This document shows, in pieces, positions 25,210-40,998 of a stretch of DNA of 64,000 nt. Source of the stretch: Octopus sinensis (Eukaryota); assembly GCF_006345805.1 (NCBI RefSeq), contig NC_043000.1, forward strand, positions 105,028,001 to 105,092,000, in the 5' to 3' direction. How positions within the stretch are numbered: the stretch's first letter is position 1; each line of letters opens with the position of its first letter. The translations under genes were made by a program, and so were the position numbers. A model generated the notes under the pieces. It saw nothing but the letters and a program-made list of their open reading frames with translations. It ran no database searches and was not told the origin of the DNA.

Positions 25210-26687
25210 GATTTCAATTTTGATAATACATACTTATTATAGACTTCCAGTAACGCTTGCGCAGTGATATACAGTAATTTTGTGTATACTGCCCCTGATC
25301 GGAGTTAAATGTTTGTGACCGGACTACAATTTATGCGCTTGCCCGAACACAAGTAACCTTTCATTTGGATTACTACTATGCAAGCATTACATGATCGAAT
25401 ATATCGACAATTTCATTCGCTATTTGTGTCTGATATAGGCCATTAAACAATTTTCATTGCTTTTTTTTGACACATTTATTATTATTAATAGTGTGTTCTT
25501 ACTACTTCTTTAATAGTAATATTTTATTGTAAACTTGTTTCAGCTGCTAACAACGTATTGTGCTGGAACTTTTTCGGTAGTAGGATTCACTCTTATTACA
25601 GTTTATGTTTCATTGTCTTTTTTCAGTTAGTATTTCATTTATTCATTATTGCTTTTTTAATATTAAATGCACGTTCTGTTAGCAACTACTTTGCAATATT
25701 TCATATTATAACTGTCTGCTTAATTTTTTACGCTTTCAGCTGCTGCATACTTTGCTAGCGTTCTACTAAGCATTATTAGTTTGTTGCTGTACCAACGGTA
25801 AATATGCTTTTAGGATTTTTTTCTGTTCAACATAAGTAATACTAAGATTACATTGCTTTTAAATATCGACATACAAGGTTACTCCACTTCACTTTCACTT
25901 CGTACGTAACAATATTTGATTACATAAATGCATGTTATATACAAACAAACAAAACACTTCTTTCGTTCTGTTTGCATCAAAAGAGTGATAACAATGTGAA
26001 TGAAATGGGCTTCATTTTTCACTATACATAAATAAACTTAGATAGGATAACAGTCTTTACAACGATATTTTGTTTAGCAACGAATACTGTATCAAAATGC
26101 ATCGACGTGAGTGTGTATAGGCGAGAGTGAGTGTGTATGTGTGTGAGTGTGTCTCTCTCTCTATATATATATTAAAATTTATTTGCAGTATTTAGGCTGT
26201 AATTATTCATTGCTTTATAAATGCACGTCCTTTTAACATAATTTCACTTCATTTATAACCCTATTTTACGTTTTCCACTGTTGACACTCGAGCTTCTTTT
26301 ATATTGTATGTCTTGGCAACGTTCTTCCCATGTGCATGACATACATACACACACACTCTCACACACACACACATATATATATACTTATGCATATACACTG
26401 CAGAAGTATATGATAAAATCATATCAAATGAATTTAAAAACATACTATATTTAAGATAGCATATTCGAACTAGTAAATATGGGTGTGCGTGCGCGCGTGT
26501 GTTCGCCTTCAGTTATTTTCTGGAGAAAATCACTGGACGCTGGTTATGTTCCCGAAAGTTTCCTATCCCAGTCGATTGTCCTGATTGTCTCATTTATGCA
26601 CGAATACACATTTATATGCATGTTCTCGTTTGCATAGATAAATCGCTCGACTGCTCGGTCGATCGAGCAAACGAAAGATAGATAGAT

Positions 26688-26795
<108 letters not shown>

Positions 26796-27286
26796 GGATT
26801 TCATGTAAAGGCATGCATGTTCAAACGTATTGTATGTAAGAGGAAAATAATTCAGGAAATCGGAGAGTTGTGTGCTAATGTATATCTTTGATGTAACAAA
26901 AAATGAAAACCATCAACACACGGATAATTATGCCAGGAACATTGATTATTATTAAAATTTTCATAATGAATAAACATAAATTTGTATATTTATACAAATT
27001 TATATATTTATTTATCAGAATATCATACATACAATAATTGTAATAAAGAAGTATTAAAATTCTTTGATTTGTATAAAAACGAATATTTTTATGGCGTAAA
27101 AAATCCATCAAGAATTTTACTTGCGTATTTCATTTTTTTTTATCTCTCATTAATCGAATCCATCTGGGAAACGAAACCTTCTTTTACCTATCGTCCATCC
27201 TCCTCCTTTCTGTTTTCTTCCCTTCTTGGATTTTTGTTTTTCTGTAGCAATCTTCCCTTTCCCCCTCTCATATTTCCGGCATAAAC

Positions 27287-27357
<71 letters not shown>

Positions 27358-27530
27358 CTCTCATTTTCTCTCTCACTCAGCTTCTCTTTCTCTTTCGCAT
27401 ATTCTATACCTCCCTGAAGGACTCTGTCCCTTCTTTTACTTTCTCACTTATTCTCTCTTCTCTGCATTTTTATGTTCCTTTCTTTTTCCATATCGTTTGT
27501 TCTTCCATAGCCCACAACTTTCTCTTTCTC

Positions 27531-27561
<31 letters not shown>

Positions 27562-27661
27562 CTCTCCCTCTCTCTCTCTCTCTTATACTCTAAATCTACG
27601 CTTCTCTTTCTCTCTCCTTCTCTCTTTATCTATCTATCTATCAATATATCTATCTGTCTAT

Positions 27662-27729
<68 letters not shown>

Positions 27730-29639
27730 TTATCAATATATCTATCTATCTATCTATCAATCTATCTATCTATCTATCTATCCCTCTTGTCTTTTCTCTC
27801 CTCCGAACGTTCTTTCGTGTTTTTTTTTCACCTTGTCTTACTTTGTGTCTTTCTCTGTCTGTTTCTCTCTTCTCACCTTACTCCCCCTCACTCTCACTCT
27901 CTCTTTCCGCTCCCCTTTCTCTCTATACTTATCCACTGACATACTTCCCCTACAATCTTTCTCTACCTGCAACCTTGTCCCATGATACTCACCTACATAA
28001 ATATTCCCTTCATATAATAAGTGGGGAGGTGAGGTTGTACGTCAGATTAAAAGATATCATGTTTAGAAAATGTGCTATTGATACATCAATAAATAGATAA
28101 ATAAACCAAAGGGGGATCTTAATTAGATAGTAAACCCCAGGTGAGCTACAACTTCCATCCTTTTGGGGGCGGTGAACCAATCAATGTATGTCAGCTGGCA
28201 ATGAACGTGAAACAGGATTTACTGCATCATGGTAGAAACTGTATTCAAATCCGACGCTGTTGCTCACAAACCAAGTCCTAACAGCTTAGAAAAGCACATA
28301 TCGGTCATGGTTTCCTTATATACAATAAAAGGACCGGGCAGTCACTGATGGAATGCCTTTGATCATGGTTCTGTTCGATCAGTGCTGACTTGGGGACAAA
28401 CAGCAACCAATAAACTGGTCTACGTGGTCACTTAGTCTACTAAAAATAGTACCTCAATCTCCCTTAAATAAATTACGCCTTGCTGTCTTTAACATGGGGT
28501 ACCATAGTTCTAGCTACATTACGTTTGAAAATGAAGAAAGGAGAGAGTGGCAAGAAAGGCAAATGATGTAGTCCTATACATACAAAACGACTGGATGGTC
28601 ACTACTAGAACACTTTTGACCAAAGGTGATTTATTACTAAGTAACAATAATACGTAGTATGATAAACATATGATATCAGCCCGCTATCTTACAATAGTTG
28701 TTATTATTGAAATAGTAGTTATTGTTTTGCCCCGGTTCAGCCTTAATCTTGCAGATATACGATCATAGACTTTATAGCCGTGACCATCCTGTTATTTAAT
28801 AGATCTAGATCCGCATTATCGAAAGTAGCCTCCCTATTATTTGAAACAGCGGAACATGTGGTTTGTGTATGAATTAGTTACTATATCTAGCAGTTCGAGT
28901 AACTCATGGAAGCTCCCCTATTGTCTGTTCTAAAATAGCCATTATTTTTTGTGTTATTTAACACTAGGTGAACTCTAATCGAGCAAACATTAGATGATAC
29001 CTGATCCGACCGCAATCATTCTGTCTTTTATTCAGGCATGCTCTCTTTATGATTACAATTAAACTAATGTATCCATTTTGTTCTTGGAAACTGTACAAAG
29101 CGGTTAGAGGGAGATCTGGCTGCTACTTTTAAGAGATAGAAGCAGCCTTTTTGAGTATTGGTCCCCCTTCTAGCGTTGAAGTTAGGTGGACGATCAGGAA
29201 TTTTCTTTTTTTTTTTTACATTTCACAAGTGAAAGTAAAACTACACTTGACATATAACTGAATCTCATTAAATAGCTTTAGATATTATTAAATATCCAAT
29301 ATAGTCTCAATATCATTGAAAGAAAGGGTCTTATATGCACACTCCAACTGTCAGTAAAATAACCATGACGAGGTAACGGAGATCTACTGGTACTTTACTG
29401 GATGAATAATTGTTTCTTGCCTTATAACAAGAACATTATCGTCCTCTCGCGGCCAGTGCGCTCTGGAGTAGAAACGCCTCCATGTTGACAATACGCAAAA
29501 CAGTTTGTGAAGAGGGAGTGTTGCATGTGTGTGTGTGTGCGTGCATGTATGTGTGTGTGTGTGCGTGCGTGTATGTGTGTGTGTGTGCGTGCGTGTATGT
29601 GTGTGTGTGTGCATGTTTTCAGTGGGTTGTGTTTGTTGT

Positions 29640-29929
29640 ATTTAATACACGGAAACCATAAGATAATGCTATGCACTTTCATTGTCTTAATACTTAAGCA
29701 GCTTGCTATCCCTACTTTTTACGATTTTTTTACTGTTGTGTCGCCATTTTTCGGTGTATTTCAACCAGGAAAATGTTCACTTAAAGAGAATACCAAGCTA
29801 CATAATGCAAAATTTTTACTTTTCAAAAAGATTGAAACCAAATCAGAACTTTGTTAACGCGACATCAAAGTCTGCCGTTTTAAGCGCAACTAAAAAACAA
29901 ACCCAAACAACGCCGGGCTATACTGCTAG
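29640..29929 (+). mobile_element. Possible non-autonomous Helitron 3' portion
   Basis: Ends aacgccgggctatactgCTAG|t: GC-rich subterminal stretch plus CTAG terminus before T. 5' end not located. Confidence 0.35.
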
Positions 29930-29971
<42 letters not shown>

Positions 29972-29979
29972 TATATATT

Positions 29980-30186
29980 CAAAATGTGACCTCGTGTGAA
30001 CCGTTGGCGATTTTTTTCCTGTCTTCTCTTCTCTGGATCTTTCCTTCTCCTATGTTTCCAACGAAGAGCTCCGCTTGAAACGTTAAACCCTCCTTCTTCC
30101 CTTCTTTCCTGAGCGTCCATAACACTATATTTGTTCCACGTCCTCGCGTTGTTGTGTTTTTTTGTGTTTTCTGTTTGGATTAACTT
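29980..30186 (+). mobile_element. (TA)n-flanked PLE-like terminal fragment with hammerhead-like motif at 30054-30088
   Basis: GTTT-CCAACGA-A-GAGC-TCC-GCTT-GAAA-CG-TT-AAAC; (TA)n on both sides. Confidence 0.5.
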
Positions 30187-30819
30187 TATATAATATATAT
30201 ATATATATATATAATATAATATATATATGCAAGTATGTGTATATGTACGTATGCATGTCTGTCTGTCTGTCTGTATGTCTGTATGTATGTATGTATGTAT
30301 GTATGTATGAATGTATGAATGTATGTATGTATGTATGTATGTATGTATGTATGTATGTATGTATGTATGTATGTATGTATAAAGCCACATCCGCATTCCT
30401 GCGTAGACGTAGATACAAGTACAAACAGGTGTTCATCAATGACTCAATATTATTTTTAATGTTATTTGTAACGGTTCTGATTGTGTTATTCACCGCAATT
30501 GTTACATTTTTGTTTATAACATCACATATGTCGGAGCTGGAGCTCATCGTATACTGCAAACACACACACACATACACATACACACTCTTACGACTTGACG
30601 TACATATTAACGCACCTTCATTCCCTTCCACTCACTCATATACGGTATAAAAGCTATCTCTACCTTCAACGAATAAGACAAGATGAAGGCAACAAAAAAA
30701 GACAAGAAGAAGCAAATAATTCCAGAAATGTCATAGTTTAAAGAATCGCATAATTGTAGATAGATATCAGCAAGAAGATATATCCGTTCTCTACAGAGAT
30801 TTGGAAGTCACTCACTTCC

Positions 30820-30861
<42 letters not shown>

Positions 30862-31073
30862 TGCGAGGAGGTATTCAAAAGTTCCTGGTGCCTCGAATGA
30901 CCTGGGTGGAGGCCAACCTTCCCAGTTCTTTTACAGGGCTTAGAGGAACTGAAAGACCGCTGCAATGAATGTGTGAACCTGAGAGGGGAATATGTGGAGC
31001 AAAATCATAATCAACTGATCCACTTTTATTCTTTTCTGCCCAAAGCCATGAACTCCTCAGCACTCACCTCGTG
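30862..31073 (+). mobile_element. Internally deleted mariner element retaining both TIRs
   Basis: TIR-like cgaggaggtattcaaaagttcctgg / ccatgaactcctcagcactcacctcg. Inside is QPSQFFLQGLEELKDRCNECVNLRGEYVE, the mariner C-terminus FF..GI..L..RW..C….G.YVE. Confidence 0.75.
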
Positions 31074-31659
31074 TGTGTGTGTATCTGTGTGTGTTCAACA
31101 CACACACAAATGCACATACACACACACACACACACATATATATACATACATACACGCCATAATATGGCTGTTGAAGCTACACGTTATCTGTCACGTGCTT
31201 TGCCTGTTTGTGACATATGTATGTTGTTAATTTTAGCTTTGTATTGTGATAGAAGTATTGCTTTCACAATTAATAACCAATTTTTGGTATAAATAAAAGG
31301 CAGCCACTGTGAAAACAGTAACATAGAAACCTACAACATTCCAATTCCTAGTGAGGGAACTAAGATAGTCTGGAAAAAATTATGAACATTTATATAGGAA
31401 ATCTATTGCCCCATAGAAACAACCAGGGTTCTTGTGAAGAAACCTAATACAAAAAAAAAACGCTATTGGAACAGTTATGTTTTCAATATAAAATGTCGAA
31501 TAGAAAAAAATCTATTTCCCATATAGACATAAATGTATAAATTACACGCATACACACACTTGCGCGTGCATACGTATATATAAATATTTAGAAGACAGGA
31601 AGATAGATAAACAAATACATGAATATAATACACATGTAACACGTGTGTGTGTGTGTGTG

Positions 31660-31844
<185 letters not shown>

Positions 31845-32447
31845 GTTTCTTTATTGGCCACACAGGGCTGCACACAGATGGGACAAGTTACAAGGTAGAG
31901 CTTTTCTTTTGGGGGATGAAAAAAAGGGGGTGGCGTAGGTTTTCGATCAAGAGGGATCGTAAAAGGGAAGAAAAGAAAAAAATTAAAAAAATAGAATAAA
32001 AAATAAAAAGAATAAAAGAAAAAAAAGAAAGGGAAAGGAACAAAAGAAAAGAGAAATGAAAAAAGAAGAAAAAATGGGAAAAAAGGGGGAGAGAAAAAAA
32101 AAGGAACGATCAATAGGGATCGTGTATCACAGTGTATGATATATGGTGTAAAGGGGAAAGCAAGTTAGGTTTATCCGTGGGAAGAAAAGCCTACGAAAAA
32201 GACCACGGTAACCTTGGTCAATATTGTTATATGTTCCCACATTTGTTTGCAAGTGGGTAACCCTCTGTTTTCAATTTCTGGGTTCATAGGATTATGCTCA
32301 AGGTGGCTTCGTCATTCATACGTGCCATCCTTGCTACATTCACCCATCTTTTTTTAAAACATTCGCTAGACAAAACTTGCCTCTCTACTCTCACTTTCCT
32401 TTTCAAGTGGTACTTGAAGAAGTTGATGAGAGTTGATGAGAGTTGAT
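31845..32447 (-). mobile_element. L1/Tx1-like LINE 3' end embedded in (GATA)n
   Basis: Minus-strand ORF tail LINFFKYHLKRKVRVERQVLSSECFKKRWVNVARM…IIL* (stop at 32284), T-rich 3'UTR ending gccctgtgtggccAATAAAgaaac. (GATA)n on both sides. Clade is inferred. Confidence 0.6.
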
Positions 32448-32521
<74 letters not shown>

Positions 32522-34112
32522 CAGACATACAGACAGACAGACAGATAGACAGACAGGCGGACAGACTGACGGACGGATGTATAAAATATAATCAAGAAAA
32601 TATCATAACACACAACATAAAGTACAATAAATGTTATAATTATTATTCACACTTCCAGAGGAAGAGAAATAAAAGTGTCTTAAAACCTTCAGACCCAAAG
32701 AATGAACGAGAGAAGAGAGAAGAAAAAGAAGAAAAAAAGAAGAAAAAACTGTAAAGAAAACAAATGTCTACACGCGAATTTCAACCTAACTCCATATTTA
32801 AAATGGTGGAAACCGAGACGGTAAAGGCTTTCAAACACACAGGAGTGTGATTAAGATGAGCTCGGGTTTAATGCACGAGTATATAGTGTGACTGTAGCTA
32901 GGGAAGGCGCCGTCCTTTTGTATATGTGTATAATAGTTCATAACACACACATACACACACACGCACGCACACACTCACTCACACACACGCACGCACACAC
33001 ACACACGCACACATACACGTGTATATATAACTGAGTGTGAGAGAATGTGAAATCTATAATCACACTCCCGGCTAATATATATTATAGCCAAATGTAAACA
33101 CACACTTATGTATGTATGTATATATGTATGTGCGTAAGTACATCCGTACGTGTGCGCACGTGCATGTGAGTGTGTGTGTGTGCAGCTCTGTAGTATTTGT
33201 TTCTTTCGTATGTTGTACAAAATACACACGCGCACATACATACACACATACATACACGCACATGTAAACATTATATACAATGTATATATAAACACTGATT
33301 TTGCATTTACATTACAATATAAAAAATACATTAGAGTCAAAACTGCGGTAAATGTCTAAATACAAGTGGCTGAATAAACACAGGTCACTTGAAGTTTAGT
33401 TTTCTACCTGGCACCTCAGTAATTTCAAATTTGAGTACTTGCCAACGAGGGAGCTTGTATGTGGTCCCTCTCTCTGCAAAACATAACCGCTAAATTATCC
33501 TCAAATTACAATGTTTTAAAGAAGACATTGGATCATGTTTTCCTTCAGACGGTAGGGTGTGATCTGAGATATCTACGCGGTCTCTCGACATGCCAGAAAT
33601 TTGACATGCTGTCAAATCTCATTCAAAACAAGGCCAATCACCTTCCACAATATGTAGAAAAAAAGACGCGATGATCATAGCAGTTAAATCTCCCTCAAAC
33701 TAATCTTAGTGTCTTGGAAAAGTAAACGTTGAATATTTTGTTCACCCGGATGAGTCCAAGAAGTAAATGTCTGCATTTTTATACAGCTCTTCAGTCCACA
33801 AACAAACACACGCGCGCGTGCGCGCACACTCACGTACACACAAACACACATGAGAACAGTACTCTACTCACGGATGTAGCTAGTATTTCTGATCTATGTA
33901 CAATATGCAGAATCACTTCAAAGCTCATGAATAACAGCTGCGTGCTTGGTTTCTGGCATACATATACATACATACATACATACATACATACATACATACA
34001 TACACACATACATACATATGCGTGTGTGTATATATGTATACATATATGTATGTATATATATATAAATGTGTGTGTATGTGTGTGTGAGTGTGTGTGTGCG
34101 CGTGTGTGTGTT

Positions 34113-34379
<267 letters not shown>

Positions 34380-34500
34380 TAGAAGGTTTGGAGGTGATGT
34401 ACAGGTATTATGTATTAGAAGAAATAAGGTACTCAGAAATCTGGATGGTTTTATATTTACAGATTTTTATCAATATGTCACATGTTTTTATAAATCATAT

Positions 34501-34542
34501 ATTAGCGCTTGCATCTACTCTAGAGTGGATGCAAGCGCTAAT
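34501..34542. repeat. 42-bp near-perfect palindrome
   Basis: attagcgcttgcatctactct|agagtggatgcaagcgctaat, one mismatch (a G-U pair in RNA). Confidence 0.95.
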
Positions 34543-34635
34543 GCATACATACATACATACATACATACACACATACACACACATATATATATATATATAT
34601 GAAAGAATCCCGTCGTATATATATATATATATATA

Positions 34636-35345
34636 CTCTCTCATTCTTCATTCTCTCTCTCCCCCTCACCATTCTTCATGGTCTCCTCGCACCATTCCCC
34701 TTCTTCTCTCTCTTCCTCTTGCTCCTCCTCCCCCATTCCCGTCGTCCATCTGCGACGATACTTCCGTCGTAACTGCTATCCTGTCTTTTCTCGCCCGCCT
34801 TCTAAGGCTACTGGTCGACATTCCTTCTCTCTCGTCGTCCACTATAATCCAGCGTTTGCAATACTTTTTTCGTCTGGCGTAAACAGCCCTTCTTATCTTG
34901 TTCTCCTTGTCCTGTCTCTCACTGTTATATATTTATTTTTCCACTGTTTATATATATTTTTTTACTGTTTATATGTTTGTACTGTCGTTACCGTCTTGCT
35001 TTTTTTACCATTTTTTACCCCTCTGCGAAAAGATCTCAGAATTTTAATTGATTTGCTTTTCGCAGGAAGGAAGTTTCTTCGAAGATACGTCTCGCTTTTA
35101 TCCTTCGAAACGTAGAGTAGATGAAACCTTAGCGACTGAAGAAGGGGATTTTTCGTTGTGCTTATTGTCCTGTATCCCTTTTTTTTTTTTTTGCTTGTCC
35201 TGTTCCTTGGTTTGTGTCTATGTTTTTCGTCTCTCTATGTGTTCGACGTCTTTTTGGTGTCCTGTACTCATATATGCGTGTATATGTACATGTAGAGGTA
35301 GGTACGTACATATATGTTTATATATATGCATATGTTCTATTTTAT
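34636..35345 (+). mobile_element. Unclassified (TA)n-flanked repeat, possibly a PLE-like terminal region
   Basis: Pyrimidine-rich, CpG-retaining block bounded by (TA)n. Contains gaagga…tccttc-GAAA-CG-TA and a downstream ctgaaga-a-gggg. Confidence 0.35.
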
Positions 35346-35364
35346 TAACCTATATATATATATA

Positions 35365-35530
35365 TACGACGGGATTCTTTCAGTTTCCGTCTACCAAATC
35401 CACTCAAAAGGCTTTGGTCGGCTTGAGTCTATAGTAGAAGACACCTGCCCATGATGCCACGCAGTGGAACTGAACCCAGAACCATGTGGTTTGTAAGCAA
35501 ACCACTTACCACACAGCCACTCCAGCGCCT
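35365..35530 (-). mobile_element. SINE family B 5' part
   Basis: cagtttccgtctaccaaatccactc…gaactgaacccagaaccatgtgg…cttaccacacagccactccagcgcc. Confidence 0.85.
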
Positions 35531-36130
35531 AACTCTGATTCAAAGGCAGAAAGCCATACAGGCGTTTATATACATGGTTGATATACTTCCCCACTCTCGC
35601 ATAGTACTTTGGTACGTAAGTACTACCTCGAGTCGTAGGACTTGTTCTTGTTCGGTTTCCATGGTACAAGTAACCGAGATAAAACCCGGTTTTCATGGTA
35701 TTAGTGACCGAGATCAAAATGTCCATACTCGAACAGGACGCCAGTCCGTTGCAGCATTACTTATTTACAGCCGAGAGAACAGGAGCAATGAGAAATTACG
35801 TGTTTCGCTAAAAAAAACATAATACACTGTTCAGTCCTTGAATCTGAATCGAAATGACGATTTTGCGACCGTGTGTGCGAAACCTTAACCACTCGCCCAA
35901 GCTTTATCACTTTGATTATTTGGAATAATTGATTCATCGAGAAATTATAACAGACAAACTAAGTGAGATTGAAATAGCAAAACGTAAGAAACAGAAGATA
36001 CTTTGCTCAGTGCTCTGTGGATATCATTCCTTCAACGGAACTTGATCACTTATAGTTCTTAGAATAAATAGCCAAAATAAACACATATATACAATTAAAT
36101 AATCTTTAAATATGCAGACATGGGTGGAAA

Positions 36131-36161
<31 letters not shown>

Positions 36162-36221
36162 CATACATATATACACACATACACACATATATATATATAT
36201 ACATACATACACACACACACA

Positions 36222-36369
36222 CACGCACACATATACATACAAACATGCGCGCACGCACATGCACACACATATACTACATACACACAGGCACATAAATATA
36301 AATGAAATCCACACGACAAGGGAATAAGAAATCATGTCATGAACTTCATTAGCTTACAGCTTGAAACGC

Positions 36370-36401
<32 letters not shown>

Positions 36402-36403
36402 TG

Positions 36404-36480
<77 letters not shown>

Positions 36481-36487
36481 TGTGTGG

Positions 36488-36519
<32 letters not shown>

Positions 36520-36863
36520 TATGTGCGAAATGGAGTGCGGGACATATATGCACGTAAGTTGATGGATAACTGAGATTACTAAAGGTCGAGAAATTGATCC
36601 TGATTATCACATTTGCATGGTGAGATAAATGAAGTATCGACTAGCGCACAGTGTGGACACGCACGCACGCACGCACACACACACACATATGCACGCATGC
36701 ACACACATACACTTACACGCGCACACCCATACACACACACACACGTACACACACGCATACAAACGCACGCAAACTAAAACACGTACACAGCGAGTAATAT
36801 ATTTTGTGCATGAGCGAATGTATATCTGTGAATGTATGTATATATATACATATATATGTGTGC

Positions 36864-36925
<62 letters not shown>

Positions 36926-37361
36926 ATGTAATATGTAAGTACACATACATATTTATAATACATAATGTATAATATACTACTTTCATGAATATATTAAATG
37001 GTATGATATATATATGCGATATATATGAGTATATATATGAGCGTGTGTGTATCAAATGCAAATGTATATATATATGCAAGTGTGTGTTTGTACGTATTAT
37101 TGTTGTCACCCATACATTTTCATATATATTATATTTCACTGTGTTTGTCTTTCTCTTTCCCTTGCACATACAAACAAATGTATCCAACACACACACCACA
37201 CACGCACACATATACATACAAACATGCGCGCACGCACATGCACACACATATACTACATACACACAGGCACATAATATAAATGAAATCCACACGACAAGGG
37301 AATAAGAAATCATGTCATGAACTTCATTAGCTTACAGCTTGAAACGCGCGCACGTGTGTGT

Positions 37362-37412
<51 letters not shown>

Positions 37413-37807
37413 TGCGCGTGTGTGTGTGTGTGTGTGTGTGTGCGTGCGTGCGTGCGTATGTGCGAAATGGAGTGCGGGACATATATGCACGTAAGTTGAT
37501 GGATAACTGAGATTACTAAAGGTCGAGAAATTGATCCTGATTATCACATTTGCATGGTGAGATAAAGAAGTATCGACTAGCGCACAGTGTGGACACGCAC
37601 GCACGCACGCACACACACACACATATGCACGCATGCACACACATACACTTACACGCGCACACCATACACACACACACGTACACACACGCATACAAACGCA
37701 CGCAAACTAAAACACGTACACAGCGAGTAATATATTTTGTGCATGAGCGAATGCATATCTGTGAATGTATGTATATATATACATATATATGTGTGCGTGT
37801 ATATATA

Positions 37808-37863
<56 letters not shown>

Positions 37864-38145
37864 ATGTAATATGTAAGTACACATACATATTTATATAATA
37901 CATAATGTATAATATACTACTTTCATGAATATATTAAATGGTATGATATATATATGCGATATATATGAGTATATATATGAGCGTGTGTGTATCAAATGCA
38001 AATGTATATATATATGCAAGTGTGTGTTTGTACGTATTATTGTTGTCACCCATACATTTTCATATATATTATATTTCACTGTGTTTGTCTTTCTCTTTCC
38101 CTTGCACATACAAACAAATGTATCCAACACACACACACACACACA
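36222..38145 (+). repeat. Direct tandem duplication, two ~0.95-0.98-kb copies
   Basis: Copy 1 ~36222-37200 and copy 2 ~37201-38145 share all unique segments (gaaatccacacgacaagggaataag, ggtcgagaaattgatcctg, cccatacattttcata). Junctions lie in (CA)n. Confidence 0.95.
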
Positions 38146-40998
38146 AGCTAATCACTTCAGCAATATTCCTCAGGATATCGGGGTGATAAGAAATGGATCT
38201 TGTCACATGCCTGCATTAATGGATTGCAGTGAAATGAAGTGTAAGATCTGCAGCTTGAGAACTCTCAACTTCATGCATATCACTAGACACTCCAGTGTTT
38301 CCTATACGTATGTACAAACAACACACATGCGCACACAAATGCATATATCTATATGCATATATACATGCATACCTATACATAAACATACATACGTATATAT
38401 ATTACATATCTGAATACAGGTGCGTATGCGTGTAAATGTACATACATACATACATACATACATACATACATACATACATACATACATACATACATACATA
38501 CAGCTGTCAGTCTGGATAAACGTAGATTTTCAGAAAAAGAAATCAACCAACTGGTTTACACATACAAATACAATGTGTAAGCAGAACAGTAAAACTATGC
38601 AAGACTTTTCCCAGGTTTAAAATGTGACATTGTTTTTGTTATCTACACGCCAACGGTGGAGCTGTGTATCTTTGTTAGAAATCAGCTACTTCTTCAAAGG
38701 AAGAATTTAAATACTTAAAAACGGAAAAGATATAGATATAGCCATGTATGTATGCATGTAGGTATGTATATATGTATGTATTATGTATTTATGTACGTAT
38801 GTATGCATGCATCTATGTGTCTATGTACTTATATTTGAGATTCAAAAACAGGGTATTATGGAGGACTAGCATTTGACCATACAGATATTTCATCACTCCG
38901 AAAGAGCTTACATTATGAATCTTTCGAATAATTTGCTATTCGTATATTTCATGCATATCCCTTTAAACAACTAATGTGGAATCAAATATACGGTGACAAG
39001 AAGGTAAAAAAAAAATACTCCTTATTACTTTCATTGCTACAGCATGAACGGGAGACAACTTCAGACATTTTTTGTTATTATTTTGGCGTCATCATCAGAA
39101 CCATGTCATCAACGTTAATTTTCGAAGCGAATGAATTACAAAACTAAATATACAGAAATCTATATTCGCTAACGTAGAGATATAGAATTGCTTAGAAATG
39201 TAATAATTCCGAGGCGCCATATCCATAATAAATAATAGTTAATAACTGTCATCATATTTAATGCATGGAACATTTAAATTCTAAAATATAATATGCATTG
39301 AAAGAAAAACAAAGATTTAGTGGAAGACTACTAATATTTTACAATTTTCATTAAATTTATTGACATCCACTTAGTGCAGTAATGGTGAATCTTTTTAGCC
39401 TGACATACAGAAATTTTAATTCCTTCGATAATTATCATTGATGTAACACGTATATATATATACACATACATGTATTTTAGTTTTAGGTAAATGCTTGTAC
39501 TTAAGCTTTGCATAACATCGTATTGTAGTTCGTTGCATATCATTTGAAATGCAGCAGAATCACCACTGGCATGTGGTATACTAACTGATAAAGCGTATGT
39601 TCTGAGCATCGAAATAGCCTTGCGTCACAGAATTTGTCAAAACGATGCTGCCATTATCAATATCTGGATTTAGTTTTAGAGTTTACTCTCCAACACGTAG
39701 CCAATATTCAGAATCTTAGTTCAAACTCAGGAACAAGCGTATCCAAAGACGAGATTTACTAGAGGCTAACGAAACACTTATTAATTTTAAAATATATGCA
39801 GTAGTGAATTCCGAGATCAAATAGAGGCGCCTCTACGTAGTTTCTTTATCTGTTTGAAATAGCAGTCCTTGCATTTCAACCCATTATCTTTGAAAGGGAA
39901 GAATCATTGAGTAATACCGTCGTAGTTATTTTATAACCGGAAAAATAAAAGGATGGAGGTTGTTACGGCTAGAGTTCTATTGATCAAAGTTCTTTTCGGT
40001 CACCGCTGACCTGGGACTTATCAGCAAAAGCTACAATGGCAACGGGTTTTCCCTATCCTATTGATTCTATGTTCAACTGGGTCGCCCGAACCATTTCAGT
40101 ATATTGGGATCGTTAAGATTTTCGACAGAGAACACAGCTTATTTAATGCTGATATGATGCGAAATATCAAACAATCGGGTGGTTGCCAGGAACAGTGTAC
40201 AAGTATCCCACTCTGGGGATAACTGCTACCCATCATCTGTCTTGGGAATCTTGGACAAAGAAAGATCATGAATATTGCTGCTGCTTTTTCACTGACGAAG
40301 TTATTTATGAAAAAATATCACTTGACCTTTTACTTAATTTACGCGCGCGTGCACGCACGTACACACACACACACACACACACAAACATACACATGCATAT
40401 ACCATTGTGAATATGTTAATGTGTATGCGTATGCCTTTATGTATGCCCATGTGTATGTATGCGTTATATGTTTGAGCATATTTATGAATGTAGCAATATT
40501 TGGTGATCAGACAACCGGCAATTCATGTTTTCAACCGACAGTCCCATTTATATCAACTTGATGATGGATGAAATTGGATGCTTAAAGACCTAGGGATGGT
40601 GACTGGATGTTTAAAGGGTAGGGATAGTAACTTGATAGTTGAAGCGCTCGGAAGGGCAACTTGTAATGCACTGCTTATCACAAGTGCACTAGTATGACTT
40701 GTTGAACGTGTCCAGATGATCGTATTTTACCAACCAATCACAGAGGTGGTAAAAGAGAAATATTAAATTAGAAATAAATTATGCTCCCTTCTGAGTGCTA
40801 CGCATACCCAAGCAAAAATCCATCCATCCATTCATACATCCATACATACATCCATACATCCATCCATCCATACATACATACATACACACATACATACATA
40901 CTTACACACTCACAAAAAGTACAAAACAAACTTGGAGCAAGGAAGATTATTTGCGGCCACTCTGTATTAGATGAATCATAGATATGATTCATCTATTA

